Positions 11,596-21,548 of a DNA stretch of 64,000 nucleotides are shown here, piece after piece. Origin of the DNA: Naegleria gruberi (taxonomy: Eukaryota). The DNA is taken from NCBI GenBank assembly GCA_000004985.1, contig GG738850.1; one strand, 5' to 3'. The notes under the pieces were generated by a model. That model saw nothing but the letters and a program-made list of their open reading frames with translations, was not told where the DNA came from and did not search any database. Made by a program: the position numbers and the translations under genes. How positions within the stretch are numbered: position 1 is the first letter of the stretch; every line of letters starts with the position of its first letter.

Positions 11596-12978
11596 ATGGG
11601 CAAGAAATCAAACTCTTCATCATCAGGCTCCTCCAGCAATTCTACTATTGGCTCTGTTCTTGGTATTTCCTTCTCCTCGGCACGTAATTCCTCTTCAAAA
11701 CCTCCACGAGAAATTATTCCTGCTCAAGAATACTATGAAAACATTCTCAAGTATACTTCCTCCACTTCAGAGGATGAATTAATTCAAGCCTTGAATAAGT
11801 ACTTGTTCAAAGCCTCTGATTTGTACTTTTATTATTATGAATTTAGTGGATGGAGGGATTTTACCAATGTAAGAAGAGCCTTCCATAAGATGGTGCAGAT
11901 GCAAACTTTCCTTTCACTATTGAGAGGAAAATACTATGTAGAAGTTACTAATAACAACAATAATAGTAGTAGTAGTAATAGTAATAATACTTCTTCAAGT
12001 AATCAGGAAGCAATTAATAATGAAGAAGCACCATCAGTAGAGAGTAAAGTCGTCCATATCGATTTTAATGCTCTGAAGAAGTCTCTCAAGTCTACACAGA
12101 GGATTGATTGTTCTTCACTTTCTGCAATTTCTAATATGGGAAAACCATCTGTGAAATCTTCCTCTAAATCTTCATCATCATCATCAGACTCTAAGAATAA
12201 TCGTGGAACAATCTTTCAAGTGGTGGAATCGGATTGTCTTGATGCAGCTGTTGCCTTAAAGACCAAACTCAAGTTGAATCCACTCATGTTGGTGAATGGA
12301 AGTTTGTCTCATCCTGGTGGAGGTTATTTGCAAGGTTCTTTTGCACAGGAAGAAGATATGTGCAGGAGATCTTCATTAGCTCTCTCATTGGATGATCCTT
12401 TCAAGATGGATGATGGTAGATCATGGTCCTATCCTTTACCAGAATTTGGAGGTGCTTATGTAGGTGATTGTTTTGTTATTAGAAAATCAGCCAAGGATGG
12501 TTATCAATTTTTGGAGAGTATTGTAAATATTTCAATGTTATCTATGGCTGCTTATGCTAATCCACCTGTGGAAAATCGAGTAATTGGAAAGGATGAGAAT
12601 GGAAAGGATATTGTGGAATGCTTTTTAGATTCAAAGCTCACATTAAGTATGAAAAAGAAGATTTCATCCTTTATTGAGATTGCTCTTCAAAAAGGTCACG
12701 ATTCTTTGGTGATTAGTGCAATTGGAGCAGGTGCTTATTCGAATCCAACATTTCACATTGCTACTCTCTTCAAAGAAGTTCTCTCCAGTGAAAATTACAA
12801 GGACAAATTTAAGATTGTTCTCTTCTCTATCATTAACGATAAGAATGCTGCCAATAATGTGAAGAATATGTATGGCACCTCACAGAAAACTAATCTTTCA
12901 ATCTTTTCCAATGTTATTCACTCTAAAGAACCTCATCTCCTTCCAACATTGGAAGAATTCATCCAACAACAAAAGTAA
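11596..12978 (+). CDS. Macrodomain protein of the bacterial-type poly(ADP-ribose) glycohydrolase family (DUF2263/TIGR02452-like) with Ser-rich N-terminus and poly-N/S inserts
   Basis: PARG signature GGGYLQGSFAQEEDMCRRSSL (GGG-x6-8-QEE, CRR[ST]); remaining sequence low complexity. Confidence 0.6.
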   Translation: MGKKSNSSSSGSSSNSTIGSVLGISFSSARNSSSKPPREIIPAQEYYENILKYTSSTSEDELIQALNKYLFKASDLYFYYYEFSGWRDFTNVRRAFHKMVQMQTFLSLLRGKYYVEVTNNNNNSSSSNSNNTSSSNQEAINNEEAPSVESKVVHIDFNALKKSLKSTQRIDCSSLSAISNMGKPSVKSSSKSSSSSSDSKNNRGTIFQVVESDCLDAAVALKTKLKLNPLMLVNGSLSHPGGGYLQGSFAQEEDMCRRSSLALSLDDPFKMDDGRSWSYPLPEFGGAYVGDCFVIRKSAKDGYQFLESIVNISMLSMAAYANPPVENRVIGKDENGKDIVECFLDSKLTLSMKKKISSFIEIALQKGHDSLVISAIGAGAYSNPTFHIATLFKEVLSSENYKDKFKIVLFSIINDKNAANNVKNMYGTSQKTNLSIFSNVIHSKEPHLLPTLEEFIQQQK

Positions 12979-13196
12979 AGAGATTTATCATTTCTCTCTT
13001 TTTATTCAAAGTTTAGTTTGCTAATCGCGATTTCAGTTTTCTGTTCATCGAATTTAAATGAAGATTCGTCATCCACAAATGATGATGCATACAAATTTCA
13101 TAAACAGAGATATCAAACTACTCAATAACCATTCAATCTATTTTAGCTTCCCTCCAAAACTTGTTTAAAAACTGTCAAATATCATTCAAAAAAAAT

Positions 13197-16100
13197 ATGA
13201 GTGGCACTTCCTGCAAAAACAAACAACTGACAGCGAATTTGCTCATCTCAGGGGAGTCCATCTCTAATGCTGTTATTTCCCATGAACACAGAGCAATTGC
13301 AAACGAACTTTGTCATCAAATTTTACAACAGGAAAATGTTGACTTGTTACAATTATTGAATTTTCAAAGGAATACAAATAATTATACAACAATGAATAAT
13401 AATTGTGGAGTTTCGGAACAAATAGGTGATGATGAAGGAGTTTCTAATCAAGGGGAGGCTCTAGTTTCGTCCAATTTATTATTGGAAGAAGGTAGTAGAA
13501 ATTCGAATAGTATTGATGGAAATAATGCGAATTCTGCTTCATTATCGTCGGAAGAATTGGATAGACTCGTCATGCCACCTCCTTCCATCAAATTAAGTCA
13601 AATTAATAGGAAAAACACTCAAAATTCCATCACGACTCCTTCATCTACCCTTTCGAATAATACTTTAAATTCTGTTGGGGCAGAATCTTTAAAACTTACA
13701 TTTTTAAATGAAAATTCTAATAGTGGAATGATAACAGGAGTGGAAATATGCATCTTGTCCAATACGAGTAATGAAATGATTTTTGTGGATCCAAATCTTG
13801 TCAAGTATTCGACAAGATTGCAAAACACATCATTGACAGGTGTAGATTCGTTAAATTCACCAGGTTTTAATGATAAGCTAATGTCTCCTCAATTTACAGG
13901 ACCTGTAAATGAGAATTCTCCTTCATTGATTGTTTCTCCTCGATTGAAGAATCAACATTCTAGGTGGTCAACTTATTACACGAGTGGAAGTACAGTTGGA
14001 TTGAGTGATTTTTTGAACACTTCTGTAAATTATGAAAATAGTGCTCTTTCCATTACTTCTTCCAATTCACTGAATAATAGTGCAATTAACAATGCATCAG
14101 AAACTAATCAGATTGTGCCCAGTGCATCTCTAATCAATTCCACAACTAATCAATCACCACTAGTGTCCCCACGAAATGGAGCAAACAATAGTTTCACATT
14201 CAATTCTTCTACTAGGAATTCTATAGTTCAGGATGAACCAAAGACGTCAACAGCTCCAAAACATCATCATCACACCATTAGCAGTTTAAACAAGAAGGAA
14301 TTTCAGCAATTTCTTCCTAGAGTCAGTTTACCAAATTATGGAGATATTTCTAGTGTTTTCAATTATTCAAATTTAGAAACTTTGAGTATGAGTGGAAATA
14401 GAACTTCATTCCATCTGGCATCTTCATCAGGAGGTGGCAATAGCAGTAGTGGACATGAAAATAACTTTTCAAAATCTTCATTCTTTAGCAAATCATTCAC
14501 TTTTGGAGGAGACAAGTATTCGAATGTTTCTATTGGAACAACAATGACATTTTCATCCATGATGGTTCCAAAAACATCACCCAGAGGTCAGGAAGCTAGA
14601 AGATTATCGAAAAATAACTTTTCCTTCTTTGGAAAACAATATATGAAAGAAGGTCAACAACAGCAACAATTAATTTCATCCACAAGTTCTGCAATTAATT
14701 TGAAAAAGGAAGAATCAATGCGGGAATCGATTGTGGAAGCATTCAGCGTTCAAGATATCATGTCAAGGAGATTTACAGATGGAGAGAATATTGAAAAATT
14801 CATGAATGGCAGAAGATCGACCACTAGTGAAATTCCAGATCATTCAGAATTACCTAGGAGAGGTTCTTCAGCAACTCCACTCCCATCTTCAACTGCTACT
14901 CAACCATCTACTGCCAAATCTCATATCAAGACTCTATCAACAGATGTAAAGAGGCAACACGAGAGAACTCCTTCCTCTCCTTTGGAAATTAACACTAGTC
15001 TGCTGGTTCCATCGAGCTCTTCTGGACAAATTCCTAAAACTCCAGAAAAGAAGAAATCCTCAAATATGTCCTCTAAGGTTAAGGAATTCTTCTCATCAAT
15101 TGGTAGAAGATCCAGAAAGAAATCGAATGCAGATTCGTTTGATCATTCTAATGATAGTTCATTACCTCCATCTCCTCCATTGAATAGTACAACGAAAATG
15201 ATAGGTCAAGAAACGAATCAAAACAGCTCAACAATGATGACTATTCCAACTTTACAGAGCTCAACTGATTTGATGGGAACAAGTCCATTCTCCAATCAAT
15301 CTCATAGCTCAACATCAACACCTCCAGTTCTATTGGATGGAAATATTCTCCTTTCTACAACACCAACCAGTACTGGATCAAGAGGAACTCTTGCAGACGA
15401 TGAGATTTCCAGTCATCATACTTTGGGAGGAAATACTCAATCAGCTCCTGCAATGACATGTACAACTAGCACTTCATTATCATCATCGCCACCTGCTTTA
15501 TCGACATTGAATGGGGCTACTCCTCTCATCGATGAAGTACATATTGACATGACAAGATCTAGAAGAGGAAGTGAAATTGAAACTCCAATCTCACCCAGTA
15601 GAAGAAGATCATCAATGAAGAAATCACCAAAGAGAAGAGAATCAATGCTCAGTAATCATACACCAGTTGTTTCTGAAATCGATCAAGGAAATTTGAAATA
15701 TCTAACCAATTTGATTGTCGATTTCAAAACTAGCTCACTTGCCTTTTCTAAACTTGTAGAAGAGTTTTCATTATTCGATTCTCTTGAAAAATCATCAGTT
15801 GATCCAGCATCTATCGTTCAGAGTCCTCTCTCAGTTGTGGAGGCACCAAGAGGAACCAAAAATCGAAGACCAACCTCAATGCACTACATTTCCAGTTCGA
15901 ATACTCCAATGGGAAGACTTTCGTCTGATTTATCCTACCTCTCTCAGCAACAATTACTCACACCAGTCACTTCAAATCCAACAATTTTCCATTGCATTAA
16001 TGAGAGAAGTAGTAATTTTTCACTCATCATTTTGAATGATATCACATTGTGTTTGTGGTACACTTTGGAAAATCAAAATCATCATGGAACTCTTTCAATC

Positions 16101-16283
16101 AAACAAAAATCTCTTTTATATGGTGGAAGTTTGGATGATAAATTGAAAGAAATTGGACTAAAGATTGAATACAAATTGAAGGAGGCCTTTGCGGCCAGCA
16201 AAGCATCAGATCACAAATCGTTAGGAGCTTTGAAGAGTAGCAAGTCAATGGAATTTAGTTTCTTCAATAAAAAAGTTCAATAA
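13197..16283 (+). CDS. About 1030-aa S/T/N/P-rich low-complexity (probably intrinsically disordered) protein, function unknown
   Basis: Single uninterrupted ORF; first ATG at 13197 (tracked start 13161 is non-ATG); no recognisable domain; basic patches RRRSSMKKSPKRRES. Confidence 0.45.
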   Translation: MSGTSCKNKQLTANLLISGESISNAVISHEHRAIANELCHQILQQENVDLLQLLNFQRNTNNYTTMNNNCGVSEQIGDDEGVSNQGEALVSSNLLLEEGSRNSNSIDGNNANSASLSSEELDRLVMPPPSIKLSQINRKNTQNSITTPSSTLSNNTLNSVGAESLKLTFLNENSNSGMITGVEICILSNTSNEMIFVDPNLVKYSTRLQNTSLTGVDSLNSPGFNDKLMSPQFTGPVNENSPSLIVSPRLKNQHSRWSTYYTSGSTVGLSDFLNTSVNYENSALSITSSNSLNNSAINNASETNQIVPSASLINSTTNQSPLVSPRNGANNSFTFNSSTRNSIVQDEPKTSTAPKHHHHTISSLNKKEFQQFLPRVSLPNYGDISSVFNYSNLETLSMSGNRTSFHLASSSGGGNSSSGHENNFSKSSFFSKSFTFGGDKYSNVSIGTTMTFSSMMVPKTSPRGQEARRLSKNNFSFFGKQYMKEGQQQQQLISSTSSAINLKKEESMRESIVEAFSVQDIMSRRFTDGENIEKFMNGRRSTTSEIPDHSELPRRGSSATPLPSSTATQPSTAKSHIKTLSTDVKRQHERTPSSPLEINTSLLVPSSSSGQIPKTPEKKKSSNMSSKVKEFFSSIGRRSRKKSNADSFDHSNDSSLPPSPPLNSTTKMIGQETNQNSSTMMTIPTLQSSTDLMGTSPFSNQSHSSTSTPPVLLDGNILLSTTPTSTGSRGTLADDEISSHHTLGGNTQSAPAMTCTTSTSLSSSPPALSTLNGATPLIDEVHIDMTRSRRGSEIETPISPSRRRSSMKKSPKRRESMLSNHTPVVSEIDQGNLKYLTNLIVDFKTSSLAFSKLVEEFSLFDSLEKSSVDPASIVQSPLSVVEAPRGTKNRRPTSMHYISSSNTPMGRLSSDLSYLSQQQLLTPVTSNPTIFHCINERSSNFSLIILNDITLCLWYTLENQNHHGTLSIKQKSLLYGGSLDDKLKEIGLKIEYKLKEAFAASKASDHKSLGALKSSKSMEFSFFNKKVQ

Positions 16284-16488
16284 TAATTTCTGCAATATTG
16301 CATTTTCATAGATCTTTTCGTATTTTATTCAAATTTAATTTTTATAATTATTTAAAATCCAAAAAAGAGCAAGTATGCAAGACAAAACAATAATGGAATC
16401 TATTTGGAAATCAAATAGATATCACCAAACATGTTGTAATTTAAAATAAAATTCTGTAAATAGCCCACAACCAATTTCCTCAAAAAAA

Positions 16489-17229
16489 ATGTTCACAACC
16501 AGCTCAACCAGTCCTATTTATGTATTGCTGCTCTGCGTCATCTTGATGATGGCAAGTAGCATGGTTACAGCTACATCCTTCCTCGGATCCACACTAAATG
16601 TAATGAACAAGATCCACAGTTCAGCCATCAAGATGGATGACTTTAAAAACTCTACCTTCCCTGAATATTCCTTCATCATGGGTGATTTCCAAACCTTTGA
16701 TATTCAAGATTCTAAATGTGTTGACGCCAATGCAACCTTTGTCAAGCTTCAAAGTTCTGGCAATTCCATTACCATTGCAACTGTCTACAGACCTAATGAT
16801 AAAATATTGATTAGAAATTGTGTGCAAGTGAAGGAAGATTATCATCTTTGTTCCATGTCAGTTGGTGCTGACTCAACTCCTGCATGTTTAAAGATTGATG
16901 ATGATATGAAAAGTGATGGAGAATTTAAAATGGCCATTAATTTGAATCCAATTGCATGTTTGGATCCAAGTTTTGATTTTAAACCAAAATGTGAGCTCAA
17001 TACTTTGGATGTAATTTCAATTTACAGTTATCCAGGAGAAAGTGCCACCAAATTGAGAAACTTTGTAGTGGTTGTTGTGTTGATTTTAGTATGCTTGTTT
17101 GTTTGTTGCATTGTTACGTGTGGTCTCGTTTTTTACTGTTGCATGATTAGAAGAAGAAAGCAAAAACTCATGAAAGGTAATATTAATGCTAGTAGACATG
17201 ATGCAACTGAATTGGTCGATGAAGAATAA
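16489..17229 (+). CDS. Small type I membrane protein (signal peptide, Cys-containing ectodomain, TM, short basic cytoplasmic tail)
   Basis: N-terminal hydrophobic MFTTSSTSPIYVLLLCVILMMASS; C-terminal TM VVVVLILVCLFVCCIVTCGLVFYCC followed by MIRRRKQK. Confidence 0.5.
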   Translation: MFTTSSTSPIYVLLLCVILMMASSMVTATSFLGSTLNVMNKIHSSAIKMDDFKNSTFPEYSFIMGDFQTFDIQDSKCVDANATFVKLQSSGNSITIATVYRPNDKILIRNCVQVKEDYHLCSMSVGADSTPACLKIDDDMKSDGEFKMAINLNPIACLDPSFDFKPKCELNTLDVISIYSYPGESATKLRNFVVVVVLILVCLFVCCIVTCGLVFYCCMIRRRKQKLMKGNINASRHDATELVDEE

Positions 17230-17251
17230 ATTATTGATTTGCTATTTCATA

Positions 17252-18430
17252 TTATTCCTCGTTCTCTTCTTCTTCGTCTTCTTCGTCTTCCTCGTCTTCA
17301 TCACTTGTGTTATCTTCTTGTGTTTGTCCAACATTGATTTCTTCATCAAATTCCTCTTCCTCTTCTTTAGTTTCATGAGGCGTTCTTAAAGAATTGGTAA
17401 GTAACACATCCAATTCCTTCAAATCACTATTATTCTTCAAAATTCTTCTACTTTTCAATAGAGAAGTGGTGATTGCCTTTCCATATGGATACGACAATTT
17501 AGTAATCTTGCAATTTGGGAATAAATATTTCAGAACTATTGCCATTGCCTTGTCGGCTTTCAATTTAAGGAATGAGCAGTCAAATTCCACTTTCTGAACA
17601 ATATATTGATCAGCATTCTCTTCCTCTTCTGAATTCTCCATAACAGAAATAGTCACTGATTTTAATTGTTTGGAATATCTTGTCACAATCTTGTATATTT
17701 GACTAATATTCACACAGAAAGCATCTGGATGGAACATTATCCTACCAAAATTAGGACTACAACTGAAAATAACATCCAACGATCCATAGACATTTAGTGG
17801 TCCATTCTCAGAATATCCATAAGTGGCATAAGAGAAATTCTCAATTACTTCCAACTCAGTCAATGCCAACTTTTCTTCACATCCACATTCTAAATCTGCA
17901 AAATCAAACACTCTCAACACCTCCAAGCTCGGTATCTTTTTCACAATCTTCCAAACTTGGTCAGAAAACACATATCCATAATACAAGTACTTGAGCTTTT
18001 TGAAATACTTTTCAATAAATGGCAAAAAGTAATAATCATCCATAAGCGGAATCCTCAATCTTTCCACTCTATTCAATTTACTCAAATTTTCATCATCTTC
18101 CTCTTCATCAGGAACAAACTCCCTCGCAAATTTCAAACTCCTCACCAAGGACATATTCGGAATGGCACGTTTCAATGGATACCTGACAATCACATCATTA
18201 AAACACTCACTCTCCGGATCAACCATTACTTCATGAAACATTTTCGAAACATGAACCAAATTGCAAACTCTCGTCTCCTTCGGAACAAATTGCAAAATAT
18301 GAATCAAGATTTCCCGAGGAATCTTTTCGATGAAATTATTAAATATGACGAGGTTTTCATCGTCATCTTCATTTGCTTTTGATTTTTTCCTCTTATTCGT
18401 TGGATTTGTTGTGCTTTCACGTTTTTTCAT
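17252..18430 (-). CDS. F-box-like protein with acidic E/D-rich C-terminal tail; tandem paralog of the next gene
   Basis: N-terminal PREILIHILQFVP...VCNLVHVSKMFHEVM (F-box-like); shares blocks YSYATYGY[SD]ENGPLN, FDCSFL, KAMAIVLKYLFPNC with the 18563..19684 gene. Confidence 0.55.
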   Translation of the reverse strand: MKKRESTTNPTNKRKKSKANEDDDENLVIFNNFIEKIPREILIHILQFVPKETRVCNLVHVSKMFHEVMVDPESECFNDVIVRYPLKRAIPNMSLVRSLKFAREFVPDEEEDDENLSKLNRVERLRIPLMDDYYFLPFIEKYFKKLKYLYYGYVFSDQVWKIVKKIPSLEVLRVFDFADLECGCEEKLALTELEVIENFSYATYGYSENGPLNVYGSLDVIFSCSPNFGRIMFHPDAFCVNISQIYKIVTRYSKQLKSVTISVMENSEEEENADQYIVQKVEFDCSFLKLKADKAMAIVLKYLFPNCKITKLSYPYGKAITTSLLKSRRILKNNSDLKELDVLLTNSLRTPHETKEEEEEFDEEINVGQTQEDNTSDEDEEDEEDEEEENEE

Positions 18431-18562
18431 TTTTTTTTATTTTTTTTTTGAAATAAATTTTGGCGGGAAATTGATTTTGTAACGGAATTACCCTTAATCA
18501 TTGTTATTGTTGGAATTGGAGATTGTACAATGACAGAATAAAGATTTGAGAAATATTCAAAG

Positions 18563-19684
18563 TTAGAGTCCATCATCTTCTCCATCTTCATCATATTCTT
18601 CCTCTTCCTCATCATCCTCCTCTTCATCATCATCTTGATCGTCTTCATCTTCTGCAGCTTTGACGAGTAGATTTTCCAAAATTTGCAAATCATTCTCATG
18701 TTTCAAGATCTTTCTCTTTTCCAAAAGTTCTCTTGTAATTTTCTTTCCTTTTATGCTAGATTCCAAAATTGTAATTTCACAATTTGGAAATAAATATTTG
18801 AGAACAATTGCCATACTCTTGTTGGCTCTCACCGCGAGGAATGAACAATCGAAATCTATTTTTTGAACTTGATTTGGTTCAGAATCTGTATTAGGATCGA
18901 CATCTTCCAAAATGGAAAGAGTTATCAATTCCAATTGTTTCCAATGATCTGTAATAATCTTGTATAATAAACTTAAATTGATATAGAAAGAATCAGCATG
19001 GAATTGAATTCTTTCCAATTTAGGACAAGATTTGAATATACTTTGCACTGTTTTGTTAAAATTCAATGGTCCATTTTCATCATATCCATAAGTGGCATAT
19101 GAATAATCCATAACGACTTCCAAATCAGTCAAATTTAAATTTGCATTTTCAAATTCTGATTCTTCCAAATCTACAACCTTTAACACTTGCAAATTTGGTA
19201 ATTTCTGTAAAAGTTTCCATAATTCATCATTAAGTATTTGTCCAAAAAATAAATATTTTAAATTTGAAAAATAATTTTCTATAATTGGCAAGTATTCGAA
19301 ATCTTCTTGAAGTGGAATGTATAATTTTTCAATATTTAGTTTTTTTAAAGCTGCAAAATGTTTCTTTTCAACAAGAAAATTCTTTTTCATTTCCAAACAT
19401 TTCACAAGTGAAAAATTAGGAATTTTGTATTCGAAAGGAAACAAGACTAAAGTTTGATCAAAGAAACTGTTTTGTGGATTGTAGATTATTTGATGGAAAT
19501 TCTTGGAAACAAAAACCAAAGAATTTGTTAACGTTTCGGAAGGAACAAGACGAAATATTTCTATTAAAATTTCTTGTGGCACAGTTTCGAATAATTTTGG
19601 ATCAAACTTGATGAGCGGTTCATCATCATGGTTCAGTTTGGCTTTTTTAGAGGATTTTACATTATTTGCATTGTTTCGTTTCAT
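18563..19684 (-). CDS. F-box-like protein, paralog of 17252..18430, acidic C-terminus
   Basis: VPQEILIEIFRLVP...LVFVSKNFHQII; same conserved blocks; about 35-nt near-identical nucleotide stretch in both genes (caatttggg/aaataaatattt...attgccat). Confidence 0.55.
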   Translation of the reverse strand: MKRNNANNVKSSKKAKLNHDDEPLIKFDPKLFETVPQEILIEIFRLVPSETLTNSLVFVSKNFHQIIYNPQNSFFDQTLVLFPFEYKIPNFSLVKCLEMKKNFLVEKKHFAALKKLNIEKLYIPLQEDFEYLPIIENYFSNLKYLFFGQILNDELWKLLQKLPNLQVLKVVDLEESEFENANLNLTDLEVVMDYSYATYGYDENGPLNFNKTVQSIFKSCPKLERIQFHADSFYINLSLLYKIITDHWKQLELITLSILEDVDPNTDSEPNQVQKIDFDCSFLAVRANKSMAIVLKYLFPNCEITILESSIKGKKITRELLEKRKILKHENDLQILENLLVKAAEDEDDQDDDEEEDDEEEEEYDEDGEDDGL

Positions 19685-19936
19685 TTTTTAATAAATTGTA
19701 ACTTTAGAATATCTATCATCAATATTGCAATCAAGAAGGGGCTGATCTATCGCTGCTTACATTTATGTTGAATTGATTCTTAATATCCATTTACCTAATT
19801 GAGATTTCATTCATTAGCTAAACCTCCATATTGGATGACCTTCTAAATGAAACGAATCTGTAGTAGAACTTCTTTTAAGGATTTTCGGTTAGCTAGTAGA
19901 ATTTCCCAAATTATTGTAAACTGTTTATTCGAAAGT

Positions 19937-20589
19937 TTATTCATTGACAAGGACATTCGGCAGAACCAAAGATTCATTTTGTAAAGTTTCACCTTCGATC
20001 GATTTCAGTAATTCACTCATTGAAGGTAAAATAAAAGAATTGGAAAGTTGGGCATTAGAATAGGAAAATGGCTTTCGAATAATTGTCGAGCAGCTGACCG
20101 ATTGTTCGGTAATAATGGAAGGACTAATTGGTAGTACGTTAGTTGGCAATGATAATTGTTGTGGTTTCTCACAGTTGAAACAACATTCGAATAATGATCT
20201 TGCTTGACTCGTTTTGGAGGAGACGAAATTTGACTAAACTCAACAACTGTTGGACTATTATCTACTGAACATGCACTCATATTGGAAACTGATGTTGCAA
20301 CTGAAGAATTAGTCTTGTTTCGTTTACGTTTTTCTTTTGCTTCTTTCTTTCTGCTGACAACTAACTTTCCATTTTGGTTAACTTGACAGGTCTGCACATA
20401 GAAAAGACATTGTTTTTGATTTGATATTGGAGCTGTGAATGTGTTTGTTTGTTGGATTGTGAAGGTTTGATGAGGTGAGGAACTGCCACTTGTCATTTCT
20501 CTTCTTTTCAGGTTAGTATTATTTGATGGGGAGGAGAATTTATCGGTGGAAGATGTGAAACGATCTCTGGATGTGTAATTTGATGGCAT
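19937..20589 (-). CDS. Hypothetical S/T-rich protein with basic patch (KKEAKEKRKRNK); likely multi-exon, 3' part may continue in overlapping frame 19937..20149
   Basis: Two overlapping minus-strand ORFs in different frames; exon structure not resolved. Confidence 0.3.
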
Positions 20590-21548
20590 TTTGTTATTAG
20601 ATTAGGTTTCGAATAATTAGTTAGGTTTAGTTTGCAATACACACTAGTTTACCAGATTCTTCTTCTGATTCGAAATCGATTTCCTTGCTATATGAGAAAG
20701 GTAACAAGCAAGTGCTGTTGCGTTTGTTTTTTTAATGTTGTTTCTCACCGAATTTTATTCTAATCTAGTATGTATTGTAAGTCGACCTTCGCAATAATTT
20801 TAAATGGATAGTTCTGCAAATGGACTTTTTAAACAACCGAATTATTCCTCTCAAAGAGTTTGAGAATACAAATAAATGGATAAATAATTTGGCTTAGGAA
20901 AACAATTATTCGAAAGGTTTAGGATAAGACTTTGCAGTGACTCGCTCTGGTGAAAATTACTGTTGTATAAACATCTACTTTGGTCACTTAACCATAAAAT
21001 AGCTAGATAAAAACTAAACTTACCATAAAAAATTGACGAAATAGTTACCTAAACAGGAAGTGTATCACTTTACAATCCTGTTCAAAACAAATAAAGATTA
21101 AAATTGATAAAGCGGTGGTGTAGAGAAAACCTGCCAATAATAATGGTGATATCCTTACTTTGGAAGAGAAACATCACTACAGTTTAGTTTGCAGTGAAAA
21201 ATTATCAGAAAGTGATTCGTATTCGAATGCTATCACTTCAATATCCTCCATGAATTTTGAAAACGAATCCAAACTTTCCACCTGAAAAATTGATTCACCG
21301 CTTTTCGTCAGTGCAAAAATCTCACACTTGAAATTGATTCCACAAATTCACGTCCATATCCATATTTGGTATTGTTCATGGTTGCCCAAAAATACTAATA
21401 GTTTCCCATTCGAATGATAAAATATTTAAAATGGTTGACGTTTGCAAAATGACCTTTTTTGGTTTCTAACTTTTTAGAATTCATTTAATTCAATAAACGG
21501 TTATTCACTGTAGTTTTACAATTTTCTTTGAACTTTATTTAAATTTTG

